64,000 nt of DNA. Origin: a virus (Duplodnaviria > Caudoviricetes). The number at the start of each line of letters is the position of its first letter. Position 1 is the first letter of the stretch. The stretch spans positions 96,001-160,000 of IMG/VR virus record IMGVR_UViG_3300033068_001704. The stretch is one strand, 5' to 3'. Below the pieces are notes generated by a model. It saw nothing but the letters and a program-made list of their open reading frames with translations. It made no database searches and was not told the origin of the DNA. This document shows positions 1 to 9,860 of the stretch, piece by piece. A program made the translations under genes and the position numbers.

Positions 1-329
1 TGAGGTCCGTTCGGTTCCGGTACTCGTCGGAGGACGACCTTCAGCTCGGGATCGACGGACTCCTGAAAGAACGTGGGTTCGTGTTCCAGAGGGAAGTCCG
101 CCTGAACCCCCGCTGCCGGATCGACTTCCTCGTTGATCCGGGGATCGGCATCGAGGTGAAGATCGACGGTAGCGTCGATGAACTCGGCCGGCAGGTCCTC
201 CGGTACCTTGCCCACGAGCAGGTGAAGGAGATCGTCGTCGTCTCGACCCGAGCTTCTCACCGGGATCTCCCCTCCGAGATGGAGGGGAAGAGGATTTCCG
301 TGGTGTACCTGTTCTCCAGCGCCTTCTGA
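1..329 (+). CDS. PD-(D/E)XK-family nuclease-like protein, 5' partial
   Basis: Frame is open from nt 3: SEDDLQ...FQREV...RIDFLV...GIEVK gives the E..D..ExK pattern. Confidence 0.7.
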   Translation, partial: RSVRFRYSSEDDLQLGIDGLLKERGFVFQREVRLNPRCRIDFLVDPGIGIEVKIDGSVDELGRQVLRYLAHEQVKEIVVVSTRASHRDLPSEMEGKRISVVYLFSSAF

Positions 330-331
330 CC

Positions 332-565
332 ATGTATCGAGTGAATGCCAAGGGAGGCTCTGTGCGAGTCGAGAAGATCCTCAGCCGCGAGGAAGTCTGC
401 GAGATCGTGAAGGCTCACCTCACCAAGACCGGGCAAATCCCTGAGGACGCTGGGGTTGAGATCAACGAGGTCGGCAACGGAACCCGGAACGAGTGGGTGT
501 CGCCGAAGTCCCGGAGCTTGTTCCCGACCGTCCGGATGTCGTGGGATGAGCCTGTAGGGAAGTGA
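332..565 (+). CDS. Hypothetical protein
   Basis: Fills the gap between neighbours; GTGA overlap with the next gene. Confidence 0.6.
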   Translation: MYRVNAKGGSVRVEKILSREEVCEIVKAHLTKTGQIPEDAGVEINEVGNGTRNEWVSPKSRSLFPTVRMSWDEPVGK

Positions 566-2283
566 TGCGTACCTACGGCTCCATCGAACTCAAGGACGGG
601 CACTGGCAAATCGAGGCTGAGCCTCACGTCATGATCCGCCTGAAGAGGCTCTTCCCTCGCGTGAGCACGCAGATGGGGGTCCTCTCGATCCGAGACACAG
701 ATGAGGTCTCGAAGGACCTCGCCTGGATCTTGGAGCGGTACCCGCTGGAGGTCGTCGGGGAACACCTGACCCACATGCGAGGGCGTGCGAGCACGTTCGA
801 CGAGCGTTCGGAGGCCTTCGCTTCGGTTCTCTCAGGGAAGCTCGATGCCCGTCCCTTCGATCTCGCCGTTCCTGCCCGGGACTACCAGAGGGTCGCAGCA
901 GATCTCGCCCTTCGGATGAAGGGGCTGCTCATCGCCGACGACCTCGGCATCGGGAAGACCTGCGCGGCGATCTGCGCTCTCACGGACCCGTCTACGCGTC
1001 CGACCGTCGTCGTGACCCTCACGCACCTCACGGATCAGTGGGCGCGGGAGATTCAGAAGTTCGCGCCAAACCTCACCACCCACATCATCAAGAAGGGGAC
1101 GCCCTACGACCTTTTGGCGGCGATGAAGAAGAGCACGGGAGAGGCCCGCTTCCCCGATGTCGTCATCATCAACTACCACAAGCTCGCAGGCTGGGCCGAG
1201 ACGTTCTCTGGCGTCATGAAGATGGTCGTCTTCGACGAGATCCAGGAGCTTCGTCACGATGGCAGCGCCAAGTACAACGCAGCCATGCACATCCGTGCAG
1301 GGGCTGTGTACTGCGTCGGCCTGAGCGCGACCCCCATCTACAACTACGGGAGCGAATTCTACCACGTTCTCAACGTCATCCGACCGGATGCGCTTGGGAC
1401 GAAGATGGAGTTCATTCGCGAATGGTGTAAGGGAAACCTGGATCAGTCAGGGCGGGGGAAGATCTCTGATCCGAAGGCCTTCGGGGCTTTCGTGAGGGAT
1501 TCCGGGATCATGATCCGACGTACCCGCTCGGACGTGGGCAGGGAGCTTCCGGCGCTGACGAAGGTCCCCCATCACGTCGATGCAGATCTCAGGGAGCTGG
1601 ACAAGGCCCGAGACTCCGTGACCGAGCTGGCGAAGCTCATCCTTGCGCGGCAGGGGACGACTCTCGACCGGATGAAGGCCGGGGGCGAGATCGACTACAA
1701 GATGCGCCAGGCGACGGGCATCGCCAAGGCGCCGTTCGTCGCAGAGTTCGTGCGGATGCTCGTGGATTCGGGCGAGAAGATCGTCCTCTACGGATGGCAC
1801 CATGCCGTCTACGACATCTGGAAGAAGCGCTTCAAGGGCCACGTGAAGTGCGTCCTCTACACCGGGGAGGAGACCCCGGCCCAGAAGGAGAAGGCTCGCC
1901 TCGATTTCATCGAGGGGGATGCCCAGGTCCTCATCATGAGCCTGCGTGCTGGTGCCGGCCTCGATGGGATCCAGCACGCCTGTCGGACCGTCGTGTTCGG
2001 TGAGCTGGACTGGTCTCCCGGCGTCCACGAGCAGTGCATCGGACGCGCCTACCGTGATGGGCAGCCCGACCCGGTCATCGCGTACTTCCTCGTGTCGGAT
2101 GAGGGGTCGGACCCGGTCATCGCGGATGTGCTCGGCCTCAAGAAGGCGCAGATCGAGGGCGTCAGAGATCCGAACGCGGCCCTGACGGAGATCGTGGAGG
2201 CGTCTCATGACGGGATCCGTCGGCTCGCTGAGTCGGTTCTGAGGTCGAAGGGGATCGACCCCAGGCAGTACGAGGCGGCGTAA
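562..2283 (+). CDS. SNF2/SWI2-family SF2 helicase/ATPase
   Basis: ADDLGIGKT (I), DEIQ (II), SATP (III), SLRAGAGLDG (V), QCIGRAYRDGQ (VI). Confidence 0.93.
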   Translation: MMRTYGSIELKDGHWQIEAEPHVMIRLKRLFPRVSTQMGVLSIRDTDEVSKDLAWILERYPLEVVGEHLTHMRGRASTFDERSEAFASVLSGKLDARPFDLAVPARDYQRVAADLALRMKGLLIADDLGIGKTCAAICALTDPSTRPTVVVTLTHLTDQWAREIQKFAPNLTTHIIKKGTPYDLLAAMKKSTGEARFPDVVIINYHKLAGWAETFSGVMKMVVFDEIQELRHDGSAKYNAAMHIRAGAVYCVGLSATPIYNYGSEFYHVLNVIRPDALGTKMEFIREWCKGNLDQSGRGKISDPKAFGAFVRDSGIMIRRTRSDVGRELPALTKVPHHVDADLRELDKARDSVTELAKLILARQGTTLDRMKAGGEIDYKMRQATGIAKAPFVAEFVRMLVDSGEKIVLYGWHHAVYDIWKKRFKGHVKCVLYTGEETPAQKEKARLDFIEGDAQVLIMSLRAGAGLDGIQHACRTVVFGELDWSPGVHEQCIGRAYRDGQPDPVIAYFLVSDEGSDPVIADVLGLKKAQIEGVRDPNAALTEIVEASHDGIRRLAESVLRSKGIDPRQYEAA

Positions 2284-2291
2284 GGGTTCCC

Positions 2292-2516
2292 ATGGAAACG
2301 TTGGAGACGCTGACCCCCAAGAAGATCTCCGAGCTGATCTCGGAGCACCTCAACCCGGTTGAGCGCGAGGAAGTCCAACGGGCTGCCCTCTCGAATCCCG
2401 ACCAGTTCTCCCTGATGCTCTCGGTGAGCACGCAGAGGCACTACGAGAACGGCAGGGCAGTCGCGATGGACATGCTTCGGGTGGCCCGCGACGTGATCCG
2501 CAGCGGCAAGGCGTAA
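2292..2516 (+). CDS. Hypothetical protein
   Basis: Coding-like codon usage; starts 8 nt after GCGTAA. Confidence 0.65.
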   Translation: METLETLTPKKISELISEHLNPVEREEVQRAALSNPDQFSLMLSVSTQRHYENGRAVAMDMLRVARDVIRSGKA

Positions 2517-2521
2517 CACCC

Positions 2522-2674
2522 ATGTACACCCACTTCATGACGTACCTCTTCCGAATCTCCCCCAGGCTTCACGCTTGGGCAGTGCGGAGAGAGCACCGGC
2601 GCCTCAACCGTATCCTCTCGGAGCTTCTGGAGCTGCGGGGGATCACCAAGAACGACCAAGGACCGTCCGCATGA
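2522..2674 (+). CDS. Small hypothetical protein (50 aa, not in ORF track)
   Basis: MYTHFMTYLFRISPRLHAWAVRREHRRLNRILSELLELRGITKNDQGPSA; ATGA overlap with the 2671 start. Confidence 0.55.
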   Translation: MYTHFMTYLFRISPRLHAWAVRREHRRLNRILSELLELRGITKNDQGPSA

Positions 2675-2970
2675 CCACCCAGAAGCCCAAGAGGATCCCG
2701 ATCAAGGCAGCGAAGGAAGTTGCCGAGAAGCTCGGACTACGGCAGGTCATCCTGGTCGCTTGGGACGGGGAGGCGACCCACGTCATCACGTACGGGGAGA
2801 CGGAAGAGGATTGCGCTCAGGCGGCGATCGGGGGGAACAAGATCAAGAGGGCGATCGGGTTCCCCGAAGAGATGACGCACGAGAAGCCCGCTCGGGTTCG
2901 TCGCCGGGAGCGGCGTCGGAAGAACCCTGACGCTGAGGTGGCCGTTGACCTCGGGGAGGTCGTCTCGTGA
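2671..2970 (+). CDS. Hypothetical protein
   Basis: Start reassigned to MTTQKPKRIPIKAAK at the ATGA overlap. Confidence 0.7.
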   Translation: MTTQKPKRIPIKAAKEVAEKLGLRQVILVAWDGEATHVITYGETEEDCAQAAIGGNKIKRAIGFPEEMTHEKPARVRRRERRRKNPDAEVAVDLGEVVS

Positions 2971-3209
2971 TGGCCCCCGTGGACGAGTACGACCCGGATA
3001 CGTGCGTCACAGCGGGGGAACTTCGTGCGCGGGGGATCCCCATCCCCGACACGATCCCCGACGTTGGCTGGATCCCTCGACATGGCCTCCATCTGGGCGA
3101 GTCGGAGGTGACGGTGGACGAGGGGGAGGTCGCGCACATCAACGTCTCGTTGACGTTCCCCTACCCGTTCCGCTGGATCAACATGACGTTCGACCTCGGC
3201 GGGGAGTAG
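2967..3209 (+). CDS. Hypothetical protein
   Basis: GTGA overlap; GGGGAGG Shine-Dalgarno-like sequence upstream. Confidence 0.65.
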   Translation: MMAPVDEYDPDTCVTAGELRARGIPIPDTIPDVGWIPRHGLHLGESEVTVDEGEVAHINVSLTFPYPFRWINMTFDLGGE

Positions 3210-3213
3210 GTAC

Positions 3214-3618
3214 GTGGCCTACCGCGAACCGGATCGAATCCCCGATCCCCCTCCCCCCGCCGAAGTGCGACCCCTGCATCTTCTGTGCGGGTGCCAGCTC
3301 CCGTACCCTCTGTGGTGGTTCTTCCGGGGGCGGTTCAAGTTGCGGACCGAGGCTTGGCGTTTCATCGGGAAGCCGACAGGGGCTGGGGAGACCTGGTTCG
3401 CTCACACGGTCTACTTGCGGTGCAAGAGGTGCCGACGTGTGTGGTGTCGGGAGAAGATCGGTCAGCTCAAGCTTCGACGTGTCTCTGAGGAAGAGGCCGC
3501 GAGGGTGAACCTTCTCGACAGCGAAGGTTGGCGCAAGCACAACGAAGCGAATCGCACCAATATCGAAGACGACTTCAAGCCCTTCGTGGGGGATGATGAA
3601 CCGCCTGCGTCCGATTGA
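3214..3618 (+). CDS. Hypothetical protein, possible Zn-binding
   Basis: CGC and CKRC motifs; tightly packed in the operon. Confidence 0.55.
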   Translation: MAYREPDRIPDPPPPAEVRPLHLLCGCQLPYPLWWFFRGRFKLRTEAWRFIGKPTGAGETWFAHTVYLRCKRCRRVWCREKIGQLKLRRVSEEEAARVNLLDSEGWRKHNEANRTNIEDDFKPFVGDDEPPASD

Positions 3619-3853
3619 GATGTCCGGTCTCGCCTTGCTGGCGTACAGCGAGGGTCTGCGAATCGACGTCCGGGAGGGCATCCTCTCCTCTCTGGAGGGG
3701 GACGCGAGGAAGATCGGGACCGCGATCGTTCATGGGGACGGTCCTGGCATCAGCCAGACTCATCTCGCCGCTGCGGCCCAGTTGAAGGACTGGGCGAAGC
3801 GCCTGAAGGATCGGCGTGAGGCCAGAATCCGAAGGTCCTCATTATCCGGGTGA
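3593..3853 (+). CDS. Hypothetical protein
   Basis: Fills the gap; GGGGGA upstream. Confidence 0.5.
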   Translation: MMNRLRPIEMSGLALLAYSEGLRIDVREGILSSLEGDARKIGTAIVHGDGPGISQTHLAAAAQLKDWAKRLKDRREARIRRSSLSG

Positions 3854-3868
3854 TTGGGGCAAGGGTTC

Positions 3869-5041
3869 ATGACCGACCGCGACCTACGATCCAAGCTGAT
3901 CCGCCTCGCACACAAGAAGCCCGAGTTCCGTGGGGTTCTCCTCCCCATCCTTGATTCTCGGGTGGCCTCGAAGGACCTGAAGTCTCTCGTGGTGAAGATG
4001 GTGGCGAGTGCTGGGAAGAAGCTGAAGGCGTTCGCGGCTACAGTGCCGGTCGAGGCGTACCGAGAGGTCGGTGTCGTCAAGGCCACGGTGGAGTCCCCCC
4101 CTCCCCGAGGGGGCTACGGACCCTTCGAGAAGGGTGAGATCACGATCGGCAAGTATCTGATCAGCGTGACCGGAGACCACTCCAACGGCACTGTTACCAT
4201 TGGGGTTCGGGCTGGGGGCAGCTACGTCATGGAGAGCCTGTACTCCAAGGGTCCGGCAGCCGATGCCCCTGCCCGCCTCAAGAAAGTCCTGAGCACCATC
4301 GAGGGCCTCGTGTCTGCGAATGTGGGGAGGGTGATGGAGAAGGTCCCTCAGGCGACCTCGAACCCCATCGATTCCGTCGAAGACAAGCTGAAGTCGATGC
4401 GCCTTGGACCGGGTGGCCGGGTCCGCTCGGTCGAGCGGGACTCCCCCACTGAGTGGACCGTGGAGCCTACGAACCGGTTGCGCCTCGACCACTACAGTGG
4501 GGACGATGAGGACGGGTGGAACGAAGACGGGTGGCGAGAGGACTACGCAGACCCCGTCGAGATCGCTGCGCAAGGATGGCTGGAACAGGAATTCGGAGCG
4601 GGCCTGTTCGAGGTGACCGAAGTGGGGGAAAAGGGCCACGTCCACATCTCCCTCACCCCCAAGGGCAAGCAGACGCTCAAGGGGGCATCCCCGAAGGCAG
4701 CAGGGTTCGACGCGTCGGACTTCGACTGGCTGGGGGACCCTGAGGGGGAAGGGCCTCCCCCTAACGCCCAAGAGCGGGTCTATGCGTCACTTCGGCGCGG
4801 GGACCTCGTTCGGATCGACGGCAAGGGTCCCACGTTCCGGGTGACGCAATCCCAGGATGACCACGTCAAGATCCTCGCGAAGCACGACACGACCGGTCGC
4901 AACTACTACATCTCGAAGATCGTCAGCCGAGATCCGCTCCAGGTCGCAATCTACCAGGGTCAGGGGGGTGGGATGGGCCACAAGCCGAACCCTGTCGCCC
5001 GGCCTGGTGTCCCGAAGCTCGTCGGTCACGTGGACGAGTAG
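3869..5041 (+). CDS. Tagged putative internal virion protein (multi-segment)
   Basis: N-terminal LRSKLIRLAHKKPEFRGVLLPILDSRVAS closely matches the N-terminus of the 27984 ORF. Confidence 0.7.
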   Translation: MTDRDLRSKLIRLAHKKPEFRGVLLPILDSRVASKDLKSLVVKMVASAGKKLKAFAATVPVEAYREVGVVKATVESPPPRGGYGPFEKGEITIGKYLISVTGDHSNGTVTIGVRAGGSYVMESLYSKGPAADAPARLKKVLSTIEGLVSANVGRVMEKVPQATSNPIDSVEDKLKSMRLGPGGRVRSVERDSPTEWTVEPTNRLRLDHYSGDDEDGWNEDGWREDYADPVEIAAQGWLEQEFGAGLFEVTEVGEKGHVHISLTPKGKQTLKGASPKAAGFDASDFDWLGDPEGEGPPPNAQERVYASLRRGDLVRIDGKGPTFRVTQSQDDHVKILAKHDTTGRNYYISKIVSRDPLQVAIYQGQGGGMGHKPNPVARPGVPKLVGHVDE

Positions 5042-5084
5042 TTCGGTCTTCAGCCCCTTGGACCTCTATAAAACGTGAGGTGCT

Positions 5085-6770
5085 ATGGGACTCTGGGACG
5101 ACGCGGTCGTGGACATCGGGAAGTTCAACGCGCTCTATGCGCAGGTTGAACGGAAGCCCCACGACCAGGCGACCCTGAAGAAGGCCGTTTCGGGGTCCCT
5201 CAAGCTTCTGAGGGTGGCTGTTTGGGCGAGCAAGTGTCTCTCTCCGGAAGCCTATGCCCCTTACTCGGAGGCGAGACGGGGGGTTTCCCGTATCTCCAAG
5301 GATGCTGCCGCATCGGGGGAAGACCTCCGCTCCGCGCTGGACCGGCTCAAGGATGTCACGCAGCGTGTGATCGACAGCGCGGCCCCGGAGGACTTCACCT
5401 ACTCAGGGTTCCACATCTCGAACCCGGACCGGTTCTCTGACGAGCTGTGTCGGAAGACGCTGGAGGGGGTGGACTTCCTCGTCGGCCTCTTCAAGAAGCG
5501 GGGGATCTCGAATCTCCTCAAGCAGGCGGTCTCCAAGGTCAACCTCCTTCTCGACAGTGATGGGGCGTCGGCTTTCTTCCACTCCGGCAAGCGGGAGCTG
5601 ACGCTCAACGTCCCCGAGCTGTCGAAGGGGGCTCCTGGGAGGTTCATCGACACGTTCGTGGGGGAGACCGTCCTGCACGAGTTCGGTCACTACATCCACC
5701 GCAACTACATCAGGGGCGAGGCTGCGGATGTTTGGGACGACCCGTGGGAAGGCCTGTCCCAGGGCGACCCGAGGCTGGACGCCCTGGACATCGTCACAGA
5801 CTACGGCAAGAGCGACAAGTACGAGGACTTCGCCGAGACCTTCATGCTCTTCATGGCAGCTCCTGGGAAGCTGACCCCGACGGCGAAGTTCCGGATGCAG
5901 AGGGCTCTGTCGGTCTCCGGGCTCTACGGGAAGCCGGTCATCCGTCTCGCTGAACGAACGGCGGCTCGTCCGATCTACGTGGACAAGCAGGGGTTGAAGA
6001 CGTTCGTCCAGCAACAGTTGGTCCCTGACATTGAGAAATGGCTTCGGCGCCGTCCCAATCAGGCGGATCCGATTGGCTCGGTGAGGGGCATCGCCAAGGG
6101 TCGGGTTGAGGTCCTGGAAGCGGACGGCCGTCAGTCCCATTCTGTGGGGGTCATCGTCAACGCGAGACCGTCGAACGCGAAGGGCGTGGCTGTTCTTGGT
6201 GGAAGCGCTGGGAAAGAACAGATCGACATCTACATGAACGGGGCCCTCAGCCCCTCAGACTTCTTGGTTCCGACCCCTCAGACAGATCGCATGGCCCCAC
6301 TCTGGGAGTGCACCTACGAGACGTGCCTTCCGTACGGGCTGTACTCAATTCTCATCCACGAAGTCACCCATGCCGCCGATGTCTTCGTGAAGGGGCTCAA
6401 GTACAGCCCTTCTGATGTCCTCGAACGGGGAGAGGCAGCATGGGGCCCTTACGTCAACGATCCTAGCGAGGTCCGCGCTTTCATGCAGGAGATCGTGGAC
6501 CAGACGGAACGCATGGCGAGAAAGCTCCGTCCACATGCGAAGACGAATCGCCGTCTGGTGGACATGATCTTGAAGACCAGCACGACTTGGGGTCTGATCG
6601 AGAAGCACCTCAATCCCCGCAACAAGACCCGCATCCTCAAGGCTGTCTACGACAATCTCGATCGTGAGGGTCTTCTCCTTGAGGAACCCTCCCAGTCTCG
6701 TGTGGCAAGCGGGATCTTCGTGGCGTCTCGTTTTCTGGTGGGGGATGGGGGCAAGGTCGAAGTCGTCTGA
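5085..6770 (+). CDS. Tandem zincin metalloprotease-domain protein, tagged
   Basis: HEFGH plus TDYGKSDKYEDFAE; second HEVTH plus YVNDPSEVRAF; linker IRLAERTAA; C-terminal SRVASGIFVASRFL. Confidence 0.75.
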   Translation: MGLWDDAVVDIGKFNALYAQVERKPHDQATLKKAVSGSLKLLRVAVWASKCLSPEAYAPYSEARRGVSRISKDAAASGEDLRSALDRLKDVTQRVIDSAAPEDFTYSGFHISNPDRFSDELCRKTLEGVDFLVGLFKKRGISNLLKQAVSKVNLLLDSDGASAFFHSGKRELTLNVPELSKGAPGRFIDTFVGETVLHEFGHYIHRNYIRGEAADVWDDPWEGLSQGDPRLDALDIVTDYGKSDKYEDFAETFMLFMAAPGKLTPTAKFRMQRALSVSGLYGKPVIRLAERTAARPIYVDKQGLKTFVQQQLVPDIEKWLRRRPNQADPIGSVRGIAKGRVEVLEADGRQSHSVGVIVNARPSNAKGVAVLGGSAGKEQIDIYMNGALSPSDFLVPTPQTDRMAPLWECTYETCLPYGLYSILIHEVTHAADVFVKGLKYSPSDVLERGEAAWGPYVNDPSEVRAFMQEIVDQTERMARKLRPHAKTNRRLVDMILKTSTTWGLIEKHLNPRNKTRILKAVYDNLDREGLLLEEPSQSRVASGIFVASRFLVGDGGKVEVV

Positions 6771-6794
6771 CCGCCTGGGTGCGTAACATCTCGG

Positions 6795-7082
6795 ATGAAC
6801 GAGAACGCCACCGAGACGCCGGTTCAGGTAGGTCACCAAGATCTCCGCACGCTCCTGATCTGCTCGGTCAGGTACTCGATGGGGCGCATGACCTACATGC
6901 CGTCCTACGTTCAGGACCTTGTGAAGGTTCACGTGGGGGTTCTCAGCGCCCAGGACCTCAACCAGTTCGCCTCTGATGTCGAGGAGTGCTCGGACGCGCG
7001 GCTGGGGATGGACTTCGACGCGGCGGGGTGGCGTCGGTTTGCGGAATGGTGCCGGAAGAAGGCGACCGAAGCCGTCCGCTAG
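6795..7082 (+). CDS. Hypothetical phage protein
   Basis: CSVRYSMGRMTYMPS segment; starts 8 nt after GCGTAA. Confidence 0.7.
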   Translation: MNENATETPVQVGHQDLRTLLICSVRYSMGRMTYMPSYVQDLVKVHVGVLSAQDLNQFASDVEECSDARLGMDFDAAGWRRFAEWCRKKATEAVR

Positions 7083-7223
7083 CAACTCTATCCGCGTCGG
7101 CTGATAGCAGGGGGGTAGAAACCCTTCTGTCACCCGTTCCTTGTCCCGAAGGGCCCGGTTCATCGGGTCAGAAGAAGCGTAATGAACCGGGTTCAGCGTT
7201 CACGTGAGAGGAGCTGGAGAACA

Positions 7224-8729
7224 ATGAGAGCAAGTGTTTGGGGTTTCTTGTGTTTCGTGATGATCGGTTGTGTGGCCTCCGGCCCAGAGGCCGAGGTGAG
7301 TCTGGCGGAGCAGGATCTGCTCGGTGGGGCCAGCCTCGCATCTGTGGCGCGGGGGCGTGAGCTGTTTCGTCACGAGGCGATGGGCGGCAACGGTCGCACG
7401 TGTGAGTCCTGCCACACCACCGTCGAGCGCGCGATCGACGTCGGCTACCGGCGTGGTCGGCAGCTTGGGCTCAGCAAGCCGCAGGCTGCTCTCATGGGTC
7501 TCGACTTCGCGCAGCGCTTCGCCACGTTCGACCTCGCACCCGAGTTCGCTCGCGAGCTGTTCGCCCTCGACCCGAACGATGGGTTGTTCCGCACGATCGA
7601 TTCCGATGGGGGCAACAGCAACTCCTACGAGCTGGTTCAGCAGGGTCTCATCCGCATCCCGATGACGCTGCACCCGCGTGTGCAGGTGATCGGCTGTGGC
7701 GCACCGGGCTCGGACTGCGAAGTGCTGCCGAACGGTCAGCATCGAATCGTGGTTCTGCGGAGCCCGCCCACGACGCTGAACACCATCCTTCAGGAGGTCG
7801 ATGCGAACGCTCCGGGCCGCCCCGGCATGCTGATGTGGGACGCACGTGAGGTCGATGCGGTGACGCAGACCGGGAGCGCGTTCAACGATCACTTCGAGCG
7901 CACCGAGACGCCGACGCTCCAGCAGCTCGAAGACATCGCGGCCTTCGAACGCAACACTTTCACGGACCTGGCTTCTGCGTACTACGCGGTCACCGGGAAC
8001 GACCCCGGCCTTCCTCCGTGCACGACCCCGAGCGAGTGCCGCGGCCGGGAGTTCTTCATCGAACAGCCCATCCTCGCGAGTGACATGGCGCACCGTGGTC
8101 TCTGTGCGCAGTGTCACAGCGGACCTGCTCTCAACCGATCTGGCATCTTCCATCGCCTCCAGCCCCCGGTTCCCCCGGTCGGTTCGATCTGCCCCTGCCA
8201 GGACGGCAGCATGCCGGTCGCTGGGAACTGTGGGCTGTCGGTGCCGATGGAGGGCCCCATCGCAACGCCCATCGGGGCGATGTGCCTGCATCGCATCTCG
8301 GCGCCCAACGCGGACCCGCCGGGTCGCCCTGGGTTCATCGACCGCACCTTCGTCTGGGTGGATGTCCCCGGCTGGGGCACTCGCGTGATGCAGGGACACG
8401 ATCCTGGACGTGGTGGCATCACCGGCGACCCGTGCTCGGAGCTGTCGTCGCAGTGCCTCATCGCCAGTGCGAATCCCGCCGACCCCTCGCAGGGCGGTGG
8501 TGTCCTCGTTCCGATGTTCCGCATCGCCTCGCTTCGCGGAGCCGGCAGACGCACCCACTTCGATCACAGCAACATCGCGCTCACGCACCGTGAACAGGTG
8601 GACGACGTGGCGGATGGCTTCGCAGCGTTCGTCCCGCTGTTCCAGTCTCAAGGGGATCCGAACGCCACGGCGTTCCTGATGTCCGAGCAGGATCGCGAAG
8701 ACGTCGCGGCGTACCTGGGCCGCCTCTGA
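7224..8729 (+). CDS. Di-haem cytochrome c lipoprotein (CcP/MauG-like)
   Basis: Lipobox-like MIG-C; GRELF..GNGRTCESCH (7401-7415); RGREFF..CAQCH (8103-8117); LMWDAR; SLRG; GGAG SD before 7224. Confidence 0.8.
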   Translation: MRASVWGFLCFVMIGCVASGPEAEVSLAEQDLLGGASLASVARGRELFRHEAMGGNGRTCESCHTTVERAIDVGYRRGRQLGLSKPQAALMGLDFAQRFATFDLAPEFARELFALDPNDGLFRTIDSDGGNSNSYELVQQGLIRIPMTLHPRVQVIGCGAPGSDCEVLPNGQHRIVVLRSPPTTLNTILQEVDANAPGRPGMLMWDAREVDAVTQTGSAFNDHFERTETPTLQQLEDIAAFERNTFTDLASAYYAVTGNDPGLPPCTTPSECRGREFFIEQPILASDMAHRGLCAQCHSGPALNRSGIFHRLQPPVPPVGSICPCQDGSMPVAGNCGLSVPMEGPIATPIGAMCLHRISAPNADPPGRPGFIDRTFVWVDVPGWGTRVMQGHDPGRGGITGDPCSELSSQCLIASANPADPSQGGGVLVPMFRIASLRGAGRRTHFDHSNIALTHREQVDDVADGFAAFVPLFQSQGDPNATAFLMSEQDREDVAAYLGRL

Positions 8730-8747
8730 TCTCCCAACGGACCTAAC

Positions 8748-9839
8748 ATGGCATCCCCTTCCCGCGTCGCCTCTGAGTACCTGCATTCTCAGAGTGCGGC
8801 GCGGGTCGCGTCTAGGTTTCTGGTCTCGAAGACCTGGGGTTCAACCGAGAGGCTGATCGCGGACTACAGGTCGGCCCTGGGAATCTTCCGGGCCCATGTT
8901 GAAGAACAGCGCACCCGTACTGACGGAAGTCCGAACAACCTGCTTCTCGCCTACAAGCTCACCCCCGCGGTGAAGGCAGGGCGAGAGCTGGTGGAGTGGA
9001 TCGTTCAGACGCGTGCGATCCCGACCGCGAAGGCGAAGTCGATGGAGATGGCGGCACGGACGCTTGGTGCGATCCGGAAGTCGCCCCCCGACATCATCGC
9101 CTGGACCGACAAGAACGGCGCGAGGCTCGACTTCCTTCTGGAAGCAGCGACCTGGCCGGAGCGGTCTGCGGAGGGTGAGATCATCACTGTCGGTCCCCTC
9201 AAGGTCCACAACACGACCGGGGCGACCGAAAAGCAGTTCTCGGACATCCAGAAGCTCGTCGAGAGCACAGTCCGAATCATGACCTCGACGCTGGACTACA
9301 AGAAGGTCCTCTACGGGGACGTGTACGTCGTCGGGCAGCTCAAGCAGGCCACGACGGTCGCCTGGTACAACGTCAATGACGACGATGTCTACCTTCGGTC
9401 GATGGCGAAGAAGGGTGAAGACGACGTCCAGAACCTCATCCATGAGTTCGGGCATCGGTACTGGCACAAGGTCATGACCCCGACGGCCAAGAAGGCGATC
9501 GGGACGATCTACACCACGTTGAAGTACGTGGGTGGGGCGGAGAAGGTGGTGTACCCGAAGGTCGGGGACCCGCTTCCTATCCCGGTCAAGGGCCAGAAAG
9601 AGCGCCCGATCATCACTGGGTACAACGGGCTGTACTACACCCTCTCGACGGGTGGGGCCGCGAAGGTCTCCCAGGTCCACAAGATCCTGCAAGAGATCTC
9701 GATGGAGTCCCGGTTCCCGTCGCGGTACGCAGCGACCAGCATCGACGAGTTCTTCTCCGAATGCTTCTCGTTCTACGCCCTCGACCAGAAGCTCACCCCC
9801 AGGCTTCGCGAGCAGTTCGAGGAAGCGCTCCGAGCGTAG
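8748..9839 (+). CDS. Tagged zincin metalloprotease (lethal-factor-like signature)
   Basis: N-terminal SRVASEYL..ARVASRFL; HEFGH (9441-9455); SRYAATSIDEFFSECF. Confidence 0.75.
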   Translation: MASPSRVASEYLHSQSAARVASRFLVSKTWGSTERLIADYRSALGIFRAHVEEQRTRTDGSPNNLLLAYKLTPAVKAGRELVEWIVQTRAIPTAKAKSMEMAARTLGAIRKSPPDIIAWTDKNGARLDFLLEAATWPERSAEGEIITVGPLKVHNTTGATEKQFSDIQKLVESTVRIMTSTLDYKKVLYGDVYVVGQLKQATTVAWYNVNDDDVYLRSMAKKGEDDVQNLIHEFGHRYWHKVMTPTAKKAIGTIYTTLKYVGGAEKVVYPKVGDPLPIPVKGQKERPIITGYNGLYYTLSTGGAAKVSQVHKILQEISMESRFPSRYAATSIDEFFSECFSFYALDQKLTPRLREQFEEALRA

Positions 9840-9860
9840 GGTCCTCTCGGAGGTCCCCCT

